Shown in pieces: positions 1-11,658 of a stretch of 64,000 nt of DNA. The notes under the pieces were generated by a model. The model was not told the DNA's origin and made no database searches. It saw only the letters and a list, made by a program, of their open reading frames with translations. The position numbers were made by a program, and so were the translations under genes. Source of the stretch: Escherichia coli (GTDB taxonomy: Bacteria > Pseudomonadota > Gammaproteobacteria > Enterobacterales > Enterobacteriaceae). Every line of letters starts with the position of its first letter. Positions within the stretch are counted from its first letter, which is position 1. The stretch is from the NCBI RefSeq assembly GCF_003334355.1, contig NZ_QOWP01000001.1. One strand, given 5' to 3'.

Positions 1-578
1 ATCATCAGCGACCCCATTGAAGACTGGTGCATGGTCGGCAGCAGCGCACCGAGCGCGATGATGAAGAACATCACCTTGTTTAGTCGCTGTAGCGACACCT
101 TCCACCCCAGACGTTCAAACAGTGCCGGAGCAAACTCCAGTGCCATCACGCCGATATAGATGGTCATACAGACCGCCGTCTCGAACAGTACCGAGTTCAC
201 GTTGAAGTGACCCGGAATGTAGAAGTACGGCAGGTTCCAGTAGCGACCCACGTCGATAGTGATCGACAAGCCACCCAGTGAGTAACCAAACAGACTCGCC
301 AACAGCGCCGGACGCACCAGCGGATGGTATTGCCCACGGTTAAAGACGTATACCGCCCACGCCAGCGCCCAGCCGCCACAGGCAAAGCCGGTGCCAATCA
401 GCAGGTCAAACGCGATCCACACGCCCCACGGGAAGCCGCCGTTCAGGTCAGAGACAGAGCCCAGACCGAACACCAGACGCTTCACAATCAGGAGCATACA
501 GATGACGATTAACGGTCCAAAAATCATGACCGGTTTACTGATGATTTTGCCGCCCAGCGGTTGTGGATCATGACTCAT
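1..578 (-). CDS. hybB: Hydrogenase-2 membrane cytochrome b subunit HybB, N-terminal part (gene continues past window start)
   Basis: Minus-strand ATG at 578..576 followed by codons for S-H-D, matching the remembered HybB N-terminus MSHD...; lies directly downstream of hybA in the hyb operon; absent from the ORF track because it runs off the window edge. Only the first four codons were translated by hand. Confidence 0.75.
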
Positions 579-1554
579 GATCGTCTCCTCCGTCGTGATG
601 GTCGTTTTTGGTGTTGCGACGAACCAGCACGGTTAAGCCCGCCAGCACAGCCAGTGGTAGCATCATGCCTTTATACAGGGTGTGTTGAATATTTTCGGAA
701 CGCGCACCGGTAGAAAGATCGTCCAGTTTCGGCAGGTCGAGATTTTCATAAGGCACACCCGTCAGTACCAGAACCTGAGTACCGCCGCCCTCTTTCTCGC
801 CGTACAGATGCGGATAATATTTCGGCACCGTATGCAGGTAAGTGTCGCCAGATTTCAGCGTCTGACGCGGATAGTGGTATTCGCTGCCAGGCTTCAGCGC
901 CAGACGTTTTTTCGCCTCCGCCATCAGCTCTTCACGCGTACCGAAAATCACCGCGCCCGCCGGGCACACTTCTACGCAGCCAGGTAGACCGCCTTTATCG
1001 AGACGTTCCACACCTTTCTGGTTGCACAGCTCGCACTTATGCAGCGCACCAAACGGGTTGTTGTAGTCGTACTTCGGCACGTTGTACGGACAGGCGACCA
1101 TGCAGTAACGGCAGCCGGTGCACACGTCTTTGTCGTAATGGACAATGCCGGTTTTCGGATCTTTTTTCAGTGCAGAGACCGGGCACACAGAGACACAGTT
1201 CGGATCGACGCAGTGCATACACTGTTTCTTAATGTACGCGTAGCCGTTCTCCTCCTGGTCTTTGTTGACCCCTGTGCCGCTGGTCCACACCTGAATGATG
1301 TTATTGGTATACGGCGACAGTTTGTCGTTGTTCGACCAGGTCTGTTCCCCTTGCGGGTTACGTTCAGGGAAGTTGATATCCTGACACTTGGTGACGCAAG
1401 CCTGGCAGCCTACGCACAAGGTCGAGTCGTACAACATCCCCAGCGATCCCGGAATTGGCGGGCGGTTTTCAGCAGCCGCATGACTGACAGACGGCAGCGC
1501 GCCCGTCAGCAATGCCCCGCAGGAGGCTGCTTTAATAAAATTACGTCTGTTCAC
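568..1554 (-). CDS. hybA: Hydrogenase-2 ferredoxin-type electron-transfer subunit HybA
   Basis: 328-aa ORF with GTG start; N-terminus [11 protein letters not shown] with Tat-like RR motif; several CxxCxxCxxxCP iron-sulfur motifs visible ([33 protein letters not shown]). Confidence 0.95.
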
Positions 1555-1556
1555 GG

Positions 1557-2675
1557 TTATTCTCCCCGTGAGTCAGCGTTATCTTTCTTTTGCTGACGAC
1601 CCAGTTCACGCACCGCCATCACGCTGACACCGGCAACGAGCCCAACCACACCGCCGAGCAAACCAATAGCGCCTGCAGAGACGTTGCCGCCCTCTTTAGC
1701 GTTAACATCCGGTTTCTGTGAACGCGGAGTCTGATTTTCGACGTTGGCAAGCTGATGGATGCCTTTATGGAAGCCGATACCTTCTTCGTTACAGCCATAG
1801 CACGGGTGACCAATCGCCACCGGCCACACACCGCCAACATCGCAGAATTGCAGCGTTGAGCAGTTGCCATAAGTTTCTGGCCCTTTACAGCCGAGGTGGT
1901 ACAGGCACCAGCCTTCGCGGTGGCCTTCATCACCGAACTCTTTGGCAAAACGACCAGCATCGAAGTGCGGGCGACGTTCGCAGTGTTCGTGAATCAGACG
2001 GCCATAGGCGAAGGTCGGACGGTTTTTGTCATCCAGTTTCGGCGGTTTGCCGTAAGTGATGATGTGCGCAACGGTCGCGAGGAAGTTGTGCGGGTTCGGC
2101 GGGCAGCCCGGAATATTGATAACGGTTTTGCCTGGCAGAACTTCTTGCAGGCTGACTGCGCCAGTTGGGTTAACTCCAGCTGCGGCAACACCGCCCCACG
2201 CAGAGCAGGAACCGATAGCGATAATCGCTGCTGCGCCTTCTGCCGCTTTGCGGATGTGATCCACAATCGGCTCACCAGCAACCATGCAATAAATACCGTT
2301 ATCTTTTAATGGGATGGAACCATCCACAACCAACACATACTGCCCTTTGTACTTCTCAAGTGCGTTATGTTTGTTCTCTTCGACCTGATGACCGAAGGCG
2401 GCGGAAAGCACTTCGTGATACTCCAGAGAGATAGTCTCCAGCACGAGGTTTTCTACCGTTGGATGCGTTGCACGAAGCAGAGATTCCGTACAACCGGTGC
2501 ACTCCTGCGCGCCAATCCAGATAACTGGCGGACGCTGCGGGTTAGTAACCGATTCGGCCATCTCTGCAGCGGCTTTGCTACTTAACCCCATGGTGGCGGC
2601 TAATGCTGCACAAAGCTTCATGAAATCACGACGGTTAATGCCGTGAGAATGGATGAGGGTGTTATCTCCAGTCAT
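1557..2675 (-). CDS. hybO: Hydrogenase-2 small subunit HybO
   Basis: 372-aa ORF; N-terminus [27 protein letters not shown] (Tat signal); length and sequence match remembered HybO; sits 2 bp upstream of hybA. Confidence 0.95.
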   Translation of the reverse strand: MTGDNTLIHSHGINRRDFMKLCAALAATMGLSSKAAAEMAESVTNPQRPPVIWIGAQECTGCTESLLRATHPTVENLVLETISLEYHEVLSAAFGHQVEENKHNALEKYKGQYVLVVDGSIPLKDNGIYCMVAGEPIVDHIRKAAEGAAAIIAIGSCSAWGGVAAAGVNPTGAVSLQEVLPGKTVINIPGCPPNPHNFLATVAHIITYGKPPKLDDKNRPTFAYGRLIHEHCERRPHFDAGRFAKEFGDEGHREGWCLYHLGCKGPETYGNCSTLQFCDVGGVWPVAIGHPCYGCNEEGIGFHKGIHQLANVENQTPRSQKPDVNAKEGGNVSAGAIGLLGGVVGLVAGVSVMAVRELGRQQKKDNADSRGE

Positions 2676-2863
2676 TTATAGTTATTCCGTTGCGAAGACC
2701 TGGCATATATTTTGCCTCAATCGCAAAATCAATAATGCGATCGATGCGCCATTTACCACACATTTATTATGGTTATCGATATCATGATACTGCGGCGGGG
2801 CGCTAAAACGAAGGGAAGAAGCATTAGTGTAATTAATTAAAGCAAGATAATACGTATGTTTGA

Positions 2864-3151
2864 TCAATTTTCGAGGCGATAACCGGCCATAAAAAAGCGC
2901 AACGTAGAACAGGAATTATTCTCACGAAAGAAATCCATTACCATCTCTTTATCCAGTCCATAGCGGCGCGTCAGAATACCCGCTTCCCAGGCGCTAAGCT
3001 GGCGATCTCCGGTCTTTTCGTACATCCGGTGTGAGTAGCCTAATACAAAACCGCGTTTATAATCGGCACAGAATTTTGTCACATTAACCGCACTGTCGGC
3101 ATGCGTTGCTTTTAATCCCGCCATTAAGCCTTTACCAAAATGGTTATTCAT
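2864..3151 (-). CDS. yghW: Small conserved protein YghW (function unknown)
   Basis: 95-aa [30 protein letters not shown]...; length and position upstream of the hyb operon match remembered E. coli YghW. Confidence 0.8.
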
Positions 3152-3269
3152 CGTTCACCTCATTCGCTATATATCACCATATATAGCGATATTTTAGGCA
3201 AAGAACGACTTTTGCGCACGCTATTTTTTCATGCTTGTTTAAGACGTAATCCAGTAAGAGATAAACCTA

Positions 3270-4157
3270 TCAGGAGAGATATTTATCGAACCATTTCAGT
3301 GTCCTTTGCCAGGCAAGATCGGCGGCAGATTTGTCATAACGGGGCGTGGAATCATTATGGAATCCGTGATTAACCCCCGGATAGATATACGCCTCATAAA
3401 CCTTATTATTGGCTTTCAACGCCGCCTCGTAAGCAGGCCAGCCCTCGTTGATTCGGGTGTCCAGTTCCGCGAAGTGGAGTAGTAAAGGCGCTTCAATCTT
3501 CGCCACATCGGCAGTGGGTGCCTGACGACCATAAAACGGCACCGCGCAGGCCAGTTCCGGATACGCGACAGCCGCCGCGTTCGATACGCCACCGCCATAG
3601 CAAAATCCGGTAATACCCACTTTGCCTGCCGCTTGCGGATAGCGTTGCATAAACTCAATTGCGGCAAAGAAATCATTCATCAGTTTGGTTGGATCAACCT
3701 GCTGTTGCAGCTCACGACCTTTATCATCATTTCCCGGATAACCTCCAACGGAACTTAAGCCGTCAGGTGCCAGGGCGATATACCCCGCCTTCGCCACTCG
3801 CCGTGCCACATCTTCGATATACGGATTCAGTCCACGATTCTCATGCACCACCACCACGGCTGGCGTTTTGCCGCTCATTTTTGCGGGTTTCACCAGATAA
3901 CCCCGTACCTCGCCGTGACCATTTGGCGAAGGATACGTGATGTACTCAGCAACAATCTCCGGGTCGGTAAACTCTACCTGAGTCGCCAGCGCATAATTTG
4001 GCTTGAGCAAATCAAACAACGCTAATGCCGTCATCCCGCCCACCGCATACTTCGCCGCAAGGTTGAGGAACTCACGTTTCGAGATTTTCCCGTGAGCGTA
4101 ATAGTCGTAGTAATCCAACAACTCTTGTGGGAAATCTTTGGCGGTTAAACGCGGCAT
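3270..4157 (-). CDS. yghX: Dienelactone hydrolase family protein (YghX-like), uninterrupted frame
   Basis: Continuous ORF; chosen start is the ATG at 4157 (MPRLTAKDF...) preceded by GAGGAG about 7 nt upstream; alpha/beta-hydrolase-like GxCxG motif (GFCYGG) and HGF near the C-terminus. Confidence 0.8.
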   Translation of the reverse strand: MPRLTAKDFPQELLDYYDYYAHGKISKREFLNLAAKYAVGGMTALALFDLLKPNYALATQVEFTDPEIVAEYITYPSPNGHGEVRGYLVKPAKMSGKTPAVVVVHENRGLNPYIEDVARRVAKAGYIALAPDGLSSVGGYPGNDDKGRELQQQVDPTKLMNDFFAAIEFMQRYPQAAGKVGITGFCYGGGVSNAAAVAYPELACAVPFYGRQAPTADVAKIEAPLLLHFAELDTRINEGWPAYEAALKANNKVYEAYIYPGVNHGFHNDSTPRYDKSAADLAWQRTLKWFDKYLS

Positions 4158-4313
4158 CGTTGCACTCCTCAACTGGTGTTTTTTTAAGCAAAGCATAAGC
4201 ACGTGTTTTTGCCCAGTTTTTCGTCACTCTGTGAGCCAGACTACGGGATACGCGCTGGCGAATCGCTAAACTAGAAACATTGTTTCGAAATTGAACGGTG
4301 GAAAGGAGAGGTC

Positions 4314-5354
4314 ATGGTCTGGTTAGCGAATCCCGAACGTTACGGGCAGATGCAATACCGCTATTGCGGAAAAAGCGGTTTACGCCTGCCCGCGTTATCG
4401 CTCGGTTTATGGCACAATTTCGGTCACGTTAACGCGCTGGAATCACAGCGTGCGATCCTGCGTAAAGCGTTTGATTTGGGCATTACGCACTTTGATTTAG
4501 CCAACAATTACGGGCCGCCTCCAGGAAGCGCAGAAGAGAACTTTGGTCGCCTGCTGCGGGAGGATTTTGCCGCTTATCGCGATGAACTGATTATCTCTAC
4601 CAAGGCTGGCTACGATATGTGGCCCGGCCCTTACGGCTCTGGCGGTTCACGTAAATACCTGCTCGCCAGCCTCGACCAAAGCCTGAAGCGTATGGGGCTT
4701 GAGTATGTCGATATCTTTTACTCTCATCGCGTCGATGAAAATACGCCGATGGAAGAAACCGCCTCTGCGCTGGCTCATGCGGTACAAAGCGGTAAGGCGC
4801 TGTATGTCGGGATCTCCTCTTACTCGCCAGAGCGGACGCAAAAAATGGTCGAGTTGCTGCACGAGTGGAAAATTCCGCTTTTAATTCATCAACCTTCGTA
4901 CAATTTACTGAACCGCTGGGTGGATAAAAGCGGCCTGCTGGATACCCTGCAAAATAACGGCGTGGGCTGTATTGCCTTTACTCCTCTGGCTCAGGGATTG
5001 CTGACCGGAAAATATCTCAACGGCATTCCTGAAGATTCACGGATGCATCGTGAAGGGAATAAAGTTCGTGGCCTGACGCCGAAAATGCTCACCGAAGCCA
5101 ACCTCAACAGCCTGCGCTTATTGAATGAAATGGCACAGCAGCGTGGACAATCAATGGCGCAAATGGCGTTAAGCTGGTTGCTGAAAGATGATCGCGTGAC
5201 GTCGGTATTGATTGGTGCCAGCCGTGCAGAGCAACTTGAGGAGAACGTGCAGGCGCTGAATAATCTGACATTTAGCACCGAGGAGCTGGCGCAGATTGAT
5301 CAGCATATCGCCGATGGCGAGCTGAATCTGTGGCAGGCGTCTTCCGATAAATGA
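4314..5354 (+). CDS. gpr: L-glyceraldehyde 3-phosphate reductase (aldo-keto reductase)
   Basis: 346-aa ORF MVWLANPERYGQMQYRYCGKSGLRLPALSLGLW...; matches remembered Gpr/YghZ; GGAAAGGAGAGG Shine-Dalgarno upstream. Confidence 0.9.
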   Translation: MVWLANPERYGQMQYRYCGKSGLRLPALSLGLWHNFGHVNALESQRAILRKAFDLGITHFDLANNYGPPPGSAEENFGRLLREDFAAYRDELIISTKAGYDMWPGPYGSGGSRKYLLASLDQSLKRMGLEYVDIFYSHRVDENTPMEETASALAHAVQSGKALYVGISSYSPERTQKMVELLHEWKIPLLIHQPSYNLLNRWVDKSGLLDTLQNNGVGCIAFTPLAQGLLTGKYLNGIPEDSRMHREGNKVRGLTPKMLTEANLNSLRLLNEMAQQRGQSMAQMALSWLLKDDRVTSVLIGASRAEQLEENVQALNNLTFSTEELAQIDQHIADGELNLWQASSDK

Positions 5355-5393
5355 CCTGTTAATAACGGGCGCGAGAACCGCGCCCGAATCAGA

Positions 5394-5957
<564 letters not shown>

Positions 5958-6078
5958 TCAACATATACGTTAAACCTTTGTCGCATAATTCTGAGGTTTA
6001 GGGATCTTCCTGGTTCCCTTATCAACGCATCGAGAACGTCTACCCTTAAAGGACGTTGAACCTGAAGGGAGAAAAACG

Positions 6079-6963
6079 ATGTCTCATTTAAAAGACCCGA
6101 CCACGCAGTATTACACTGGTGAATATCCCAAACAGAAACAACCGACGCCAGGCATCCAGGCGAAGATGACACCGGTACCGGATTGCGGCGAGAAAACCTA
6201 TGTTGGTAGCGGTCGCCTGAAAGATCGTAAAGCACTGGTGACAGGGGGCGATTCCGGAATAGGTCGCGCTGCCGCCATCGCTTACGCGCGTGAAGGGGCT
6301 GACGTGGCGATCAGTTATCTTCCCGTGGAAGAAGAAGACGCTCAGGATGTGAAAAAGATCATTGAAGAATGCGGACGCAAAGCCGTTCTGCTGCCAGGCG
6401 ATTTAAGCGATGAGAAATTTGCCCGTTCGCTGGTTCACGAAGCGCACAAGGCGTTAGGCGGGCTGGATATTATGGCGCTGGTCGCCGGGAAACAGGTTGC
6501 CATTCCGGATATTGCAGACCTCACCAGCGAACAGTTTCAAAAGACCTTTGCCATTAACGTTTTCGCGCTGTTCTGGCTAACCCAGGAAGCGATCCCCCTG
6601 CTACCGAAAGGTGCAAGTATCATCACCACTTCGTCAATCCAGGCATACCAGCCAAGTCCGCATTTACTGGACTATGCGGCTACGAAGGCGGCGATTCTGA
6701 ACTACAGCCGTGGCCTGGCAAAACAGGTCGCGGAGAAAGGTATTCGGGTGAATATTGTCGCGCCAGGCCCGATCTGGACAGCACTGCAAATTTCCGGCGG
6801 ACAAACGCAGGATAAGATCCCGCAGTTTGGTCAGCAAACGCCGATGAAACGTGCGGGGCAACCGGCGGAACTGGCCCCTGTATATGTTTATCTGGCAAGT
6901 CAGGAGTCGAGCTACGTCACCGCAGAAGTGCACGGCGTGTGCGGCGGCGAGCATTTAGGTTAA
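6079..6963 (+). CDS. yghA: Short-chain dehydrogenase/reductase family NADP-dependent oxidoreductase YghA
   Basis: 294-aa ORF; Rossmann glycine motif [10 protein letters not shown] and SDR-type YxxxK region (YAATKAA). Confidence 0.9.
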
Positions 6964-6967
6964 AAAA

Positions 6968-6996
6968 ATGCCCGGTTGTGAAAAGCAACCGGGCAT
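6968..6996 (+). terminator. Hairpin downstream of yghA (candidate intrinsic terminator)
   Basis: Inverted repeat ATGCCCGGTTG / CAACCGGGCAT with a 7-nt loop immediately after the yghA stop, preceded by an A-run; the T-run after it is weak. Confidence 0.45.
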
Positions 6997-7012
6997 CATT
7001 GTGAATTCACTC

Positions 7013-7113
7013 TTACCTGATGTGGCGAAAACGCCTTATCCGCCTACAAACGCATGAAGATTCAACATGTTGCAATAGATTTTGTAGGCCTGATGAGCGT
7101 AGCGCATCAGGCA
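7013..7113. repeat. REP/BIME-type extragenic palindromic repeats
   Basis: Two REP-like palindromic units (..GCGAAAACGCCTTATCCGCCTAC.. and GTAGGCCTGATGAGCGTAGCGCATCAGGC) in the yghA-exbD gap, resembling the REP consensus GCCGGATGCGGCG...CCTTATCCGGCCTAC. Confidence 0.7.
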
Positions 7114-7121
7114 ATTCTACT

Positions 7122-7547
7122 TTACTTCGCTTTGGCGGTTTCTTCGCCGACCAGACCTATCTTCAGGTAACCCGCCTGATGCAGCGTATCCATTACCTTC
7201 ATCAACGTCTCGTAATCGACGGTTTTGTCCGCTCGGAAGAAGATGGTGGTGTCTTTCTTGCCTTCGGTTAACGCATTCAACGCCGTAATCATTGTTTCAT
7301 CGGTGACCGGATCGTTACCGATAAACATCGAGTTGTCTGCCTTCACCGACAAATAAACCGGTTTTTCCGGGCGCGGCTGCGGCGTGCTGGTAGAAGCAGG
7401 CAAATTCACCTTCACATCTACCGTCGCTAACGGTGCCGCCACCATAAAGATAATCAGCAGAACCAACATCACGTCGATAAACGGCGTCACGTTGATGTCA
7501 TGCATTTCGCCGTTATCGTCGAGGTTTTCGTTAAGATGCATTGCCAT
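7122..7547 (-). CDS. exbD: TonB-system energizer ExbD
   Basis: 141-aa ORF MAMHLNENLDDNGEMHDINVTPFIDVMLVLLIIFMV...; matches remembered ExbD. Confidence 0.95.
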   Translation of the reverse strand: MAMHLNENLDDNGEMHDINVTPFIDVMLVLLIIFMVAAPLATVDVKVNLPASTSTPQPRPEKPVYLSVKADNSMFIGNDPVTDETMITALNALTEGKKDTTIFFRADKTVDYETLMKVMDTLHQAGYLKIGLVGEETAKAK

Positions 7548-7553
7548 CGGATA

Positions 7554-8288
7554 TTATCCTGCGCGTAATTTTTGTGCGACACGAACCGGATGCGCAGCGG
7601 CGCTGGCTTCCAGATCCAGGTCACGGCTTTGCAGCAACAATACCTGCGCTGCAACATCACCCAGCATCGCTTTAAAGCCGCCAATCTGGCGTGCAAATAC
7701 GTTATAGATAACGACCGCAGGAATCGCTGCCACGAGGCCGATTGCCGTTGCTAACAGAGCTTCTGCGATACCCGGCGCAACGACTGCCAGGTTAGTGGTC
7801 TGCGTTTGCGCGATACCAATAAAGCTGTTCATGATGCCCCAGACCGTACCAAACAGACCAACGAACGGAGAAATCGCGCCGATGGTTGCCAGATAGCCGT
7901 TACCGCGGCCCATTTGACGACCCACTGCGGCGACCCGACGCTCCAGACGGAAGCTGGTACGTTCTTTAATACCTTCGTTATCGTCGCTGCCTTCTGACAG
8001 TTCCAGCTCATTCTGCGCTTCATTGAGCAAATGCAGGCTTAAGCTTTTGCTACCAAAATCAGCGGCGATATCGTTGGCCTGGTTTAAGGAACGCGCTTCA
8101 GCCAGCAGTTGCTGCTCGCGCTTAAGGCGACGCTTCTGATTGAAGAACTCTACGCTCTTACTGAAGAAGATTGCCCAGGTGACTACGGAGGCCAAAATAA
8201 GCCCAATCATCACGCACTTAACGACAATATCGGCGTGCTGATACATACCCCAGACGGAAAGGTCCGTCTGCATTAAATTATTACCCAC
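7554..8288 (-). CDS. exbB: TonB-system energizer ExbB
   Basis: 244-aa ORF (GTG start) MGNNLMQTDLSVWGMYQHADIVVKCVMIGL...; immediately upstream of exbD. Confidence 0.95.
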   Translation of the reverse strand: MGNNLMQTDLSVWGMYQHADIVVKCVMIGLILASVVTWAIFFSKSVEFFNQKRRLKREQQLLAEARSLNQANDIAADFGSKSLSLHLLNEAQNELELSEGSDDNEGIKERTSFRLERRVAAVGRQMGRGNGYLATIGAISPFVGLFGTVWGIMNSFIGIAQTQTTNLAVVAPGIAEALLATAIGLVAAIPAVVIYNVFARQIGGFKAMLGDVAAQVLLLQSRDLDLEASAAAHPVRVAQKLRAG

Positions 8289-8351
8289 TGTGTATCTCCA
8301 GGACGCAAGTCACAAAATCTGCGCATAATAATATCAAAACGACGTCGAATT

Positions 8352-8370
8352 GATAGTCGTTCTCATTACT
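8352..8370. promoter_or_regulatory. Fur-box-like sequence upstream of exbB
   Basis: GATAGTCGTTCTCATTACT matches about 12 of 19 positions of the Fur consensus GATAATGATAATCATTATC; exbBD is an iron-regulated operon (established knowledge). Weak match. Confidence 0.35.
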
Positions 8371-8505
8371 ATTTGCATACTGCCGTACCTTTGCTTTCTT
8401 TTCCTTGCGTTTACGCAGTAAAAAAGTCACCAGCACGCCATTTGCGAAAATTTTCTGCTTTATGCCAATTCTTCAGGATGCGCCCGCGAATATTCATGCT
8501 AGTTT

Positions 8506-8521
8506 AGACATCCAGACGTAT
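8506..8521 (+). promoter_or_regulatory. Tandem MetJ met-boxes upstream of metC
   Basis: AGACATCC-AGACGTAT, two adjacent 8-bp units close to the met-box consensus AGACGTCT, about 20 bp upstream of the metC ATG. Confidence 0.55.
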
Positions 8522-8539
8522 AAAAACAGGAATCCCGAC

Positions 8540-9727
8540 ATGGCGGACAAAAAGCTTGATACTCAACTGGTGAATGCAGGACGCAGCAAAAAATACACTC
8601 TTGGCGCGGTAAATAGCGTGATTCAGCGCGCTTCTTCGCTGGTATTTGAGAGTATGGAAGCCAAAAAGCACGCGACGCGCAATCGCGCCAATGGCGAGTT
8701 GTTCTATGGACGGCGCGGAACGTTAACCCATTTTTCCTTACAACAAGCGATGTGTGAACTGGAAGGTGGCGCAGGCTGCGCGCTATTTCCCTGCGGGGCG
8801 GCAGCGGTTGCTAATTCGATTCTTGCTTTTGTCGAACAGGGCGATCATGTGTTGATGACCAACACCGCCTATGAACCGAGTCAGGATTTCTGTAGCAAAA
8901 TCCTCAGCAAACTGGGCGTAACGACATCGTGGTTTGATCCGCTGATTGGTGCCGATATCGTTAAGCATCTGCAGCCAAACACTAAAATCGTGTTTCTGGA
9001 ATCGCCAGGCTCCATCACCATGGAAGTCCACGACGTTCCGGCGATTGTTGCCGCCGTACGCAGTGTGGTGCCGGATGCCATCATTATGATCGACAACACC
9101 TGGGCAGCCGGTGTGCTGTTTAAGGCGCTGGATTTTGGCATCGATGTTTCTATTCAAGCCGCCACCAAATATCTGGTTGGGCATTCAGATGCGATGATTG
9201 GCACTGCCGTGTGCAATGCCCGTTGCTGGGAGCAGCTACGGGAAAACGCCTATCTGATGGGCCAGATGGTCGATGCCGATACCGCCTATATAACCAGCCG
9301 TGGCCTGCGCACATTAGGTGTGCGTTTGCGTCAACATCATGAAAGCAGTCTGAAAGTGGCTGAATGGCTGGCAGAACATCCGCAAGTTGCGCGAGTTAAC
9401 CACCCTGCTCTGCCTGGCAGTAAAGGACACGAATTCTGGAAACGAGACTTTACAGGTAGCAGCGGGCTATTTTCCTTTGTGCTTAAGAAAAAACTCAGTA
9501 ATGAAGAGCTGGCGAACTATCTGGATAACTTCAGTTTATTCAGCATGGCCTACTCGTGGGGCGGGTATGAATCGTTGATCCTGGCGAATCAACCAGAACA
9601 TATCGCCGCCATTCGCCCACAAGGCGAGATCGATTTTAGCGGGACCTTGATTCGCCTGCATATTGGTCTGGAAGATGTCGACGATCTGATTGCCGATCTG
9701 GACGCCGGTTTTGCGCGAATTGTATAA
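8540..9727 (+). CDS. metC: Cystathionine beta-lyase MetC
   Basis: ORF trimmed to the ATG giving 395 aa ([37 protein letters not shown]...); PLP-enzyme region around ...[10 protein letters not shown]... Confidence 0.95.
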   Translation: MADKKLDTQLVNAGRSKKYTLGAVNSVIQRASSLVFESMEAKKHATRNRANGELFYGRRGTLTHFSLQQAMCELEGGAGCALFPCGAAAVANSILAFVEQGDHVLMTNTAYEPSQDFCSKILSKLGVTTSWFDPLIGADIVKHLQPNTKIVFLESPGSITMEVHDVPAIVAAVRSVVPDAIIMIDNTWAAGVLFKALDFGIDVSIQAATKYLVGHSDAMIGTAVCNARCWEQLRENAYLMGQMVDADTAYITSRGLRTLGVRLRQHHESSLKVAEWLAEHPQVARVNHPALPGSKGHEFWKRDFTGSSGLFSFVLKKKLSNEELANYLDNFSLFSMAYSWGGYESLILANQPEHIAAIRPQGEIDFSGTLIRLHIGLEDVDDLIADLDAGFARIV

Positions 9728-9866
9728 CATTGCCACTTTTGGACAATTTTGCAGACATTTAATTGTGAAAAGTCTTAAATTGTTGCGTCCGGGATCAAGG
9801 CGTCCCGGACGAATCAGGAGTACAATAGGCAGATAAAGGCTTAAACGCTGTTCCACAGGAAAGTCC

Positions 9867-10526
9867 ATGGCTGTTATTCAAGATATCATCGCTGCGCTCT
9901 GGCAACACGACTTTGCCGCGCTGGCGGATCCTCATATTGTTAGCGTTGTTTACTTTGTCATGTTTGCCACGCTGTTTTTAGAAAACGGCCTGCTGCCCGC
10001 CTCATTTTTGCCAGGCGACAGCTTGTTGATACTGGCAGGAGCATTGATTGCCCAGGGGGTTATGGATTTTCTGCCTACGATTGCGATTCTGACCGCCGCA
10101 GCAAGTCTGGGCTGCTGGCTAAGTTATATTCAGGGGCGCTGGTTAGGGAATACCAAAACGGTGAAAGGCTGGCTGGCACAGCTTCCTGCTAAATATCACC
10201 AGCGCGCCACCTGCATGTTTGACCGCCACGGTCTGCTGGCGCTGCTGGCTGGACGTTTTCTTGCATTTGTCCGTACGCTGCTGCCAACCATGGCGGGAAT
10301 TTCCGGTCTGCCAAACCGCCGTTTCCAGTTTTTCAACTGGTTAAGCGGATTGCTGTGGGTCAGCGTGGTAACCAGTTTCGGCTATGCCTTAAGTATGATT
10401 CCGTTCGTTAAACGCCATGAAGATCAGGTAATGACGTTCCTGATGATCCTGCCAATTGCCTTGTTAACCGCTGGCTTGTTAGGCACGCTGTTTGTGGTGA
10501 TTAAAAAAAAATACTGTAACGCCTGA
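9867..10526 (+). CDS. yghB: DedA-family inner membrane protein YghB
   Basis: 219-aa [47 protein letters not shown]...; DedA-like hydrophobic profile. Confidence 0.9.
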
Positions 10527-10565
10527 CGATTTTCCCTGTTCCCGGTTGCTGTACCGGGAACGTAT

Positions 10566-11522
10566 TTAATTCCCCTGCATCGCCCGCATTCTTGCCGCAT
10601 CTTCCCCCGGCGTCACACCGAAGTAACGTTTAAACTCACGGCTAAATTGCGATGCGCTTTCATAGCCGACGCGCATCGCTGCTGCGCTGGCCTTCATGCC
10701 GTCATGGATGATCATCATCCGCGCCTTATGCAGACGGTAATTCTTCAAATACTGCAACGGCGAGGTACTGGTGACAGACTTAAAATTATGGTGGAACGCC
10801 GATACGCTCATGTTGGCTTCTGCCGCCAGTTGCTCGACGCTCAGGTTTTCGGTGTATTTATTCTCAATCCGTTTCAGCACGCGGCTAATCAGACTGAAGT
10901 GAGTCTGGCGACTGACCAGCGCCAGTAACGCGCCGCCGCAAGGTCCGGTCAGCACGTAGTACAGAATTTCGCGGATGATCTGTTTGCCGAGAATACGCGC
11001 ATCCAGTGGTCGCTCCATCACGTCGAGTAACCGCTCCGCCGCGCATAAAATCTCTTCTGATAACGTGGCGGAGTTAATCCCGCTGGCTGCCATCGACGGC
11101 TGGAAATGCTCATCTTCGCCAATGTCCATCAACAGTTCCTGTAACTGCAAAATATCGACATTGAGACGCAACCCTGCCAGCGGCACCTCTGACGTGGCAT
11201 AGGTTTCGCACTCAAACGGCAACGGCACCGTCAGCAGCAGGTATTCATTGGCATCATAACGAAACACGCGTTCATTGATATAACCGATTTTATGCCCGGA
11301 AAAGAGAATTATGATGCCAGGCTCGTACATCACCGGTGTACGTGCGAAAGGCGTCTCGCCATACAACAAACGCACATCGGGCAACAGTTCTGACAAACTA
11401 TTTTCTTTATTTTTCAGTTTATTAACTTTATCCGCCAGCAAGCGGCAAATCTCTTCACGTTTCATATCGCGTAATTTCTTAGGAATAATGCGGCAATTTG
11501 ATTGTGCGCAATTTTGTAGCAT
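10566..11522 (-). CDS. yqhC: AraC-family transcriptional regulator YqhC
   Basis: ORF trimmed to the ATG giving 318 aa ([25 protein letters not shown]...); C-terminal AraC-type helix-turn-helix region. Confidence 0.9.
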   Translation of the reverse strand: MLQNCAQSNCRIIPKKLRDMKREEICRLLADKVNKLKNKENSLSELLPDVRLLYGETPFARTPVMYEPGIIILFSGHKIGYINERVFRYDANEYLLLTVPLPFECETYATSEVPLAGLRLNVDILQLQELLMDIGEDEHFQPSMAASGINSATLSEEILCAAERLLDVMERPLDARILGKQIIREILYYVLTGPCGGALLALVSRQTHFSLISRVLKRIENKYTENLSVEQLAAEANMSVSAFHHNFKSVTSTSPLQYLKNYRLHKARMMIIHDGMKASAAAMRVGYESASQFSREFKRYFGVTPGEDAARMRAMQGN

Positions 11523-11544
11523 TTCTCCAGCACTCTGGAGAAAT
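11521..11544. promoter_or_regulatory. 24-bp palindrome in the yqhC/yqhD divergent region (candidate YqhC operator)
   Basis: ATTTCTCCAG-CACT-CTGGAGAAAT, a perfect 10-bp inverted repeat with a 4-bp spacer overlapping the yqhC start codon; a palindrome of this kind is reported as a YqhC binding element for yqhD-dkgA activation (recalled from literature). Confidence 0.6.
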
Positions 11545-11658
11545 AGGCAAGACATTGGCAGAAATGAGCATTGAGAGCCAGGGCGCTGGCGATCACAATG
11601 AAAAACATCAGGCAGATCGTTCTCTGCCCTCATATTGGCCCAGCAAAGGGAGCAAGTA

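Noticed and set aside
8405-8539. N-terminal extensions in the ORF track (metC here; also yqhC, yqhD, ygiS, ygiW, tolC, ygiB, zupT, glnE, ttdA, uppP, folB, glgS, yqhA, yghX).
   Set aside because: The track opens each frame at the most upstream ATG/GTG/TTG. The trimmed starts match the remembered mature or precursor N-termini and have better Shine-Dalgarno spacing.
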